From Candidatus Sabulitectum sp. (lineage in GTDB: Bacteria; Fermentibacterota; Fermentibacteria; Fermentibacterales; JCC-6): DNA of 40,777 nucleotides. Location: the NCBI GenBank assembly GCA_029940175.1, contig JAOZRM010000001.1, positions 1 to 40,777 on the forward strand, written 5' to 3'. The translations under genes were made by a program, and so were the position numbers. Each line of letters opens with the position of its first letter. Position 1 is the stretch's first letter. This document shows, piece by piece, positions 36,470 through 40,777 of this stretch. The notes beneath the pieces were generated by a model. It saw only the letters and a program-made list of their open reading frames with translations, was not told the origin of the DNA and did not search any database.

Positions 36470-38364
36470 TACTCATCTACCACTTCAAAGTCGGCATCTA
36501 CAGCGTCATCTCCAGTGGTTTCCTGCTCTGGTTCACCAGGTTCACCCTGCTGTGGTTGTTCAGCATTCTGCTGGTGGAATCTGGTTCCGACTTCCTGCCA
36601 GACTTTTTCAAGCTCCTCGACCTTTGAAGAGATAACTGAGTCATCATCACCCTCAAGAGCCTTCCTGGTCTCAGAAATTGCTTCTTCAAGCGTGGCCTTG
36701 TCTGCACCATCAAGCTTGTCTCCCATTTCCTCGATCTGCTTTTCAACCTGGTAGGCAAGATTCTCACCCTTGTTCCTGGTATCAACAGCAGCCCTGCGCT
36801 GCTCGTCCTCTGAAGCGTGTACTTCTGCATCCTTGACCATCTGATCTATATCGGTCTCAGAAAGACCACTGGTTGCTTCAATCTTTATCTTCTGTTCTTT
36901 GCCGGTGGACTTATCCTTGGCTGAAACATGCACGATACCATTGGCATCTATATCAAACTCGACCTCGATCTGAGGAAGTCCGCGAGGGGCTGGCGGGATT
37001 CCTTCAAGAGTAAAGCGACCGAGAGTTCTGTTATCAGCAGCCATTTTTCTCTCGCCCTGAAGAACATGTATCTCAACACTTGTCTGACTGTCGGCAGCAG
37101 TGCTGAATATCTGACTTTTCTTGGTTGGAATCGTTGAATTTCTGTCGATGATCGAAGTGAAAACAGCACCAAGTGTTTCAATACCCAGAGTAAGAGGTGT
37201 TACATCGAGAAGAAGAACATCCTTGATGTCTCCACTGAGAACACCAGCCTGGATTGCTGCACCCACTGCAACAACCTCATCAGGATTAACTCCCTTGTGA
37301 GGCTCACGCTTGAAGATCTCTGTAACCTTCTCCTGAACAAGGGGCATTCTGGTCATTCCACCCACAAGAATCACTTCGCTGATGTCAGAGGCTGAAACTC
37401 TTGCATCCTTCAAAGCCTGAAGGCATGGTTTCACAGTCTCTTCAACAAGTGATGCTGAAAGCTGCTCGTACTTCGCCCTTGAAAGAGTCAAGCTGAGATG
37501 CTTGGGTCCAGCGGCATCTGCAGTAACGAAAGGCAGGCTGATATCAGTACTCTTTGTGGTTGAAAGCTCGCATTTTGCTTTCTCGGCAGCTTCTTTAAGC
37601 CTCTGAAAAGCCATTTGATCTGCAGAGAGATCAATACCCTGATCTTTCTTGAACTCACTGACCATCCAGTCAATAATGACCTGATCGAAATCGTCGCCAC
37701 CAAGGTGTGTATTACCATTGGTGGACTTAACTTCAAATACTCCGTCTCCAATCTCAAGGATTGAAACATCGAAAGTACCACCCCCAAGATCATAAACAGC
37801 AATGGTTGAGTTCCCCTTCTGCTTGTCCATGCCATAGGCAAGAGCAGCAGCGGTAGGCTCATTGACAATACGGAGTACTTCAAGACCGGCAATCCTGCCG
37901 GCATCTTTTGTGGCCTGTCGCTGGCTGTCATTGAAGTAAGCCGGAACGGTAATAACAGCCTGTGTCACATTTTCACCAAGGTAATCCTCTGCTGTCTGCT
38001 TCATTTTTTGAAGAATCATGGCGCTGATCTCAGCAGGTGAGTATTTCTTTCCAAACACCTCAACCCAGGCATCATTACTCTTGCCTTCCACAATCTTGAA
38101 TGGAACTCTGTTGATCTCTTTGCTGGCTTCGCCGAAATGCATTCCCATGAAACGCTTGATGGAAAAAATGGTGTTTCCCGGATTGGCTACTGCCTGTCTG
38201 CGGGCAACCACACCGATGTGTCTCTCGCCGTTCTCATTGAATGCAACCACTGAGGGGGTTGTTCGTGTTCCCTCTGCATTGGGAATAACAACCGGCTCGC
38301 CACCTTCCATAACTGCAACACAGGAGTTGGTTGTACCCAAGTCAATTCCTATGACTTTACTCAT
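36469..38364 (-). CDS. dnaK: Chaperone DnaK (Hsp70)
   Basis: [53 protein letters not shown] before ATG 38364. Confidence 0.99.
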   Translation of the reverse strand: MSKVIGIDLGTTNSCVAVMEGGEPVVIPNAEGTRTTPSVVAFNENGERHIGVVARRQAVANPGNTIFSIKRFMGMHFGEASKEINRVPFKIVEGKSNDAWVEVFGKKYSPAEISAMILQKMKQTAEDYLGENVTQAVITVPAYFNDSQRQATKDAGRIAGLEVLRIVNEPTAAALAYGMDKQKGNSTIAVYDLGGGTFDVSILEIGDGVFEVKSTNGNTHLGGDDFDQVIIDWMVSEFKKDQGIDLSADQMAFQRLKEAAEKAKCELSTTKSTDISLPFVTADAAGPKHLSLTLSRAKYEQLSASLVEETVKPCLQALKDARVSASDISEVILVGGMTRMPLVQEKVTEIFKREPHKGVNPDEVVAVGAAIQAGVLSGDIKDVLLLDVTPLTLGIETLGAVFTSIIDRNSTIPTKKSQIFSTAADSQTSVEIHVLQGERKMAADNRTLGRFTLEGIPPAPRGLPQIEVEFDIDANGIVHVSAKDKSTGKEQKIKIEATSGLSETDIDQMVKDAEVHASEDEQRRAAVDTRNKGENLAYQVEKQIEEMGDKLDGADKATLEEAISETRKALEGDDDSVISSKVEELEKVWQEVGTRFHQQNAEQPQQGEPGEPEQETTGDDAVDADFEVVDE

Positions 38365-38456
38365 TTCTATTCCTCCTTCTAGTTTTTTATATCTAAACTT
38401 ATCTACATAATTGATTGCATGCATTTACTGCATCTTTCGTTGTCAGCTAGATGTAA

Positions 38457-38472
38457 AGCAATTGCCATGCCA
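38457..38472 (-). promoter_or_regulatory. Putative sigma54 (-24/-12) promoter of dnaK-grpE-dnaJ
   Basis: Minus strand TGGCAT-GGCAA-TTGCT is a near-perfect TGGCAC-N5-TTGC match, 92 nt upstream of the dnaK ATG. Confidence 0.75.
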
Positions 38473-38618
38473 TTAAATTGCATTGCCTTATTATGTTGCA
38501 CAATAACATGTTACTCAATACACCCCTTGCGTTCTGCTAACTATCCCAATACAATGGTGCAAATGTGACACATGCAGGCATGGAGTTATATTAGGGGTCA
38601 CGCAAAACAGGAGTGGGT

Positions 38619-40777
38619 ATGTCCAGCGATAAAATAAAAGTCAGAGGAGCTCGAGAACACAATCTAAAGGGTGTTACAGTAGAGTTTCCAAAGGAATCTC
38701 TAATTGTCTGTGCAGGTGTTTCCGGGTCGGGAAAAAGTTCATTCGCTTTTGATACTTTGTATGCGGAAGGTCAGAGAAGATACATTGAATCTCTTTCTTC
38801 GTATGCGCGTCAGTTTCTCGGTCAGATGGATAAGCCTGAATTTGAGTCAATCGAAGGCCTTTCTCCTGCTATCTCAATCGAGCAGAAAACGGTCAGCCAT
38901 AATCCCAGATCTACGGTTGGAACAGTTACGGAGATCGCAGATTACCTGAGAGTACTTTATGCCAGGGCCGGTACACCTCACTGTCCCACCTGCGGAAGAG
39001 AGGTCACCACTCAGACATCTCAGCAGATGACAGATACCATTCTGGGAATGAAGAATGAAGCCAGGATCATGATAACAGCCCCGGTACTTACCAACCGCAA
39101 GGGGGCTCACGAGGAACTGCTTTCAGATATTCGTGAAAAAGGTTTCGTAAGAATTCTCCTGAACGACGAACTCACAGATCTGGATCAGGTAACGGAACTG
39201 AACAAGAAAAAACGAAACTCGATCTCAGTTGTTGTTGACAGAATTGTTATCAAGCCAGGCATCGAAAGTCGACTGAATGACTCTGTCGAAACCGCTTCAA
39301 AACTTGGCGGCGGTGTGATAGCCGTTATTGATGCTGACACAGGGCACAGAACAATGATGAGCGAACACAACGCCTGTCTTCACTGCGGCATCAGTCTTCC
39401 TGAATTATCTCCTCAGCTTTTTAGTTTCAACAACCCCCTGGGCATGTGCCCAAGGTGTTCAGGACTTGGTTACATACTTAAGGTTGACCCTGATCTTATT
39501 ATCCCGAAACCTGCCATGACAATACAGTCAGGAGCCATTGTTCCCTGGGGAATTCCACAGGGCTGGGTTGCAGCATCTCTTCGAACAATGTGTCAGGAAA
39601 TGAATTTCAATCTTCATACTCCGTGGACTCGATTACCGGAGGAAGTGAAGGAAATGATCCTTTACGGTTCCGGCAAGAAAGAATTCGATGTAAGCTGGAA
39701 AACAAACCATTCATCCGGCAACTGGAGCGGACCGTTTGAAGGTATTGTGCACCGTATTGACAGGCTCTATCATCAAACAGGCAGCGATGATATGCGGAAG
39801 TACTACGAGAAATTCTTCCGCAAGTACACCTGCGATGACTGTGGAGGATCAAGAATCAGGTCGGAGGCTCGAGCAGTACTCATTGGCAACAGGGGAATTC
39901 ATGAAATATCAGACAATACAGTAGGTGAAACCCTTAATTTTTTCAACACTGTTGAACTAACAGACTATCAGAGAGCAATTGCCAAAGGACTGCTGAAGGA
40001 GATTATTTCCCGGCTCAGCTTCCTGACTGATGTGGGTCTGCACTATCTTACTCTGAACCGGTCCGCTCCATCTCTGTCAGGTGGAGAAGCACAACGAATC
40101 AGGCTTGCCAGTCAGATTGGCAGTGGCTTAACCGGAGTTCTATACGTTCTGGATGAGCCTACAGTGGGTCTTCATCCAAGAGACAATGCTCGACTTGTGG
40201 TCACCCTTGAGCATCTCCGGGACATCGGGAACACTGTGATCGTTGTGGAACATGACACTGATACTCTTCTCAAGGCAGATCACATCATAGATTTCGGACC
40301 GGGAGCAGGATCTCATGGCGGGGAAGTTGTGGCACAGGGCACTCCTGCAGAAATAATGGCGCACCCTGATTCCATTACAGGAGCATATCTTTCCGGCAAG
40401 AAGACAATAGTTCGACTGGGTGAACCCAGAACAAAGAAAACCCCCATTCTTTCCCTGAACGGAGCAACTCTTCACAATTTGAAATCTGTAGATTTCAAAA
40501 TCCCTCTGGGGAGATTGATCTCTGTTACAGGAGTGTCCGGTTCGGGAAAGAGTTCTCTTGTGGGCCAAACCCTGTATCCTGCTGTTTCCCGCCTTATCGG
40601 CGGTGCTTCCAGCATGAAGCCGGGCCCGTACGACTCTATTGATGGCATCAGACACATAGATAAGATCATCAACATCACCCAGGATCCAATCGGTCGCACT
40701 CCAAGGTCAAATCCCGCAACTTATACAAAGGTGTTCGACAGCATCAGAAATCTCTTTGCGGAAATGCCGGAATCAAG
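38619..40777 (+). CDS. uvrA: Excinuclease ABC subunit A, runs off the window end
   Basis: Not in the track. Manual translation gives MSSDKIKVRGAREHNLK, GVSGSGKSS, YAEGQRRY, FSFNNP, LSGGEAQRIRLA, YVLDEP, a second GVSGSGKSS, and PIGRTPRSNPATY. AGGAG SD. Confidence 0.98.
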   Translation, partial: MSSDKIKVRGAREHNLKGVTVEFPKESLIVCAGVSGSGKSSFAFDTLYAEGQRRYIESLSSYARQFLGQMDKPEFESIEGLSPAISIEQKTVSHNPRSTVGTVTEIADYLRVLYARAGTPHCPTCGREVTTQTSQQMTDTILGMKNEARIMITAPVLTNRKGAHEELLSDIREKGFVRILLNDELTDLDQVTELNKKKRNSISVVVDRIVIKPGIESRLNDSVETASKLGGGVIAVIDADTGHRTMMSEHNACLHCGISLPELSPQLFSFNNPLGMCPRCSGLGYILKVDPDLIIPKPAMTIQSGAIVPWGIPQGWVAASLRTMCQEMNFNLHTPWTRLPEEVKEMILYGSGKKEFDVSWKTNHSSGNWSGPFEGIVHRIDRLYHQTGSDDMRKYYEKFFRKYTCDDCGGSRIRSEARAVLIGNRGIHEISDNTVGETLNFFNTVELTDYQRAIAKGLLKEIISRLSFLTDVGLHYLTLNRSAPSLSGGEAQRIRLASQIGSGLTGVLYVLDEPTVGLHPRDNARLVVTLEHLRDIGNTVIVVEHDTDTLLKADHIIDFGPGAGSHGGEVVAQGTPAEIMAHPDSITGAYLSGKKTIVRLGEPRTKKTPILSLNGATLHNLKSVDFKIPLGRLISVTGVSGSGKSSLVGQTLYPAVSRLIGGASSMKPGPYDSIDGIRHIDKIINITQDPIGRTPRSNPATYTKVFDSIRNLFAEMPES

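Noticed and set aside
3505..38424. N-terminal extensions in the ORF track (vapC 3558, ftn 7393, rbr 8357, buk 14363, 17295, 33741, dnaK 38424)
   Set aside because: Downstream ATGs have clear SD sites or stop/start coupling and match family N-termini; several extensions run through promoters or neighbouring genes.
38365..38618. CIRCE element or SOS box in the dnaK/uvrA gap
   Set aside because: No TTAGCACTC-N9-GAGTGCTAA repeat (only a partial TTAGCA), and no LexA box I can recognise.
561..40699. Many 60-170 aa ORFs overlapping recognised genes (e.g. 937..1314, 15125..15646, 34438..34845, 34905..35372, 40140..40655)
   Set aside because: They are antisense or alternate-frame overlaps of well-supported genes and carry no motifs.
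1..40777. CRISPR array, tRNA/rRNA, IS or prophage
   Set aside because: No regularly spaced repeats, cloverleaf, transposase, integrase or phage genes were seen by eye. A tRNAscan/Infernal run would be needed for full exclusion.

Overview
Mostly core chromosome of an anaerobic, diderm, fermentative bacterium. A T9SS-type C-terminal domain, a TWGxIKxxF C-terminal motif, Shine-Dalgarno usage and a SAM-II riboswitch together suggest an FCB-affiliated candidate lineage such as Fermentibacterota; this is inference only. From left to right: partial rocD with a structured leader and uORF; a small toxin-antitoxin islet (AbiEi/AbiEii, a broken Fe-S flavoprotein, VapC-Phd); a PerR-headed oxygen-defence operon (perR-rbr-dfx-ftn-fprA-flavin reductase/rubredoxin-TIGR02757-membrane protein); a sulfatase-like lipoprotein, an RhaD-like aldolase, a lipoprotein and an archaeal-type aspS; buk plus a methylmalonyl-CoA mutase large subunit; an envelope cluster (TWGSIKSLF-tailed secreted protein, foldase-like lipoprotein, O-antigen-ligase-like protein, C25-like peptidase with T9SS CTD); S2P and YugP-like proteases; metK-envC-holB-ricT-metG-deacetylase behind a SAM-II riboswitch; a biotin-less carboxyltransferase; a TPR protein; dnaK-grpE-dnaJ plus an unannotated 59-aa membrane ORF; and partial uvrA. 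I saw no rRNA, tRNA, CRISPR array, integrase or transposase. The best leads are the putative short C-terminal sorting signal and its neighbours, a SAM-II riboswitch with a terminator-type platform, sigma54-type promoters on protein-quality-control operons, and a PPW-ending leader peptide ahead of rocD. All calls come from motif recognition by eye; no searches were run.
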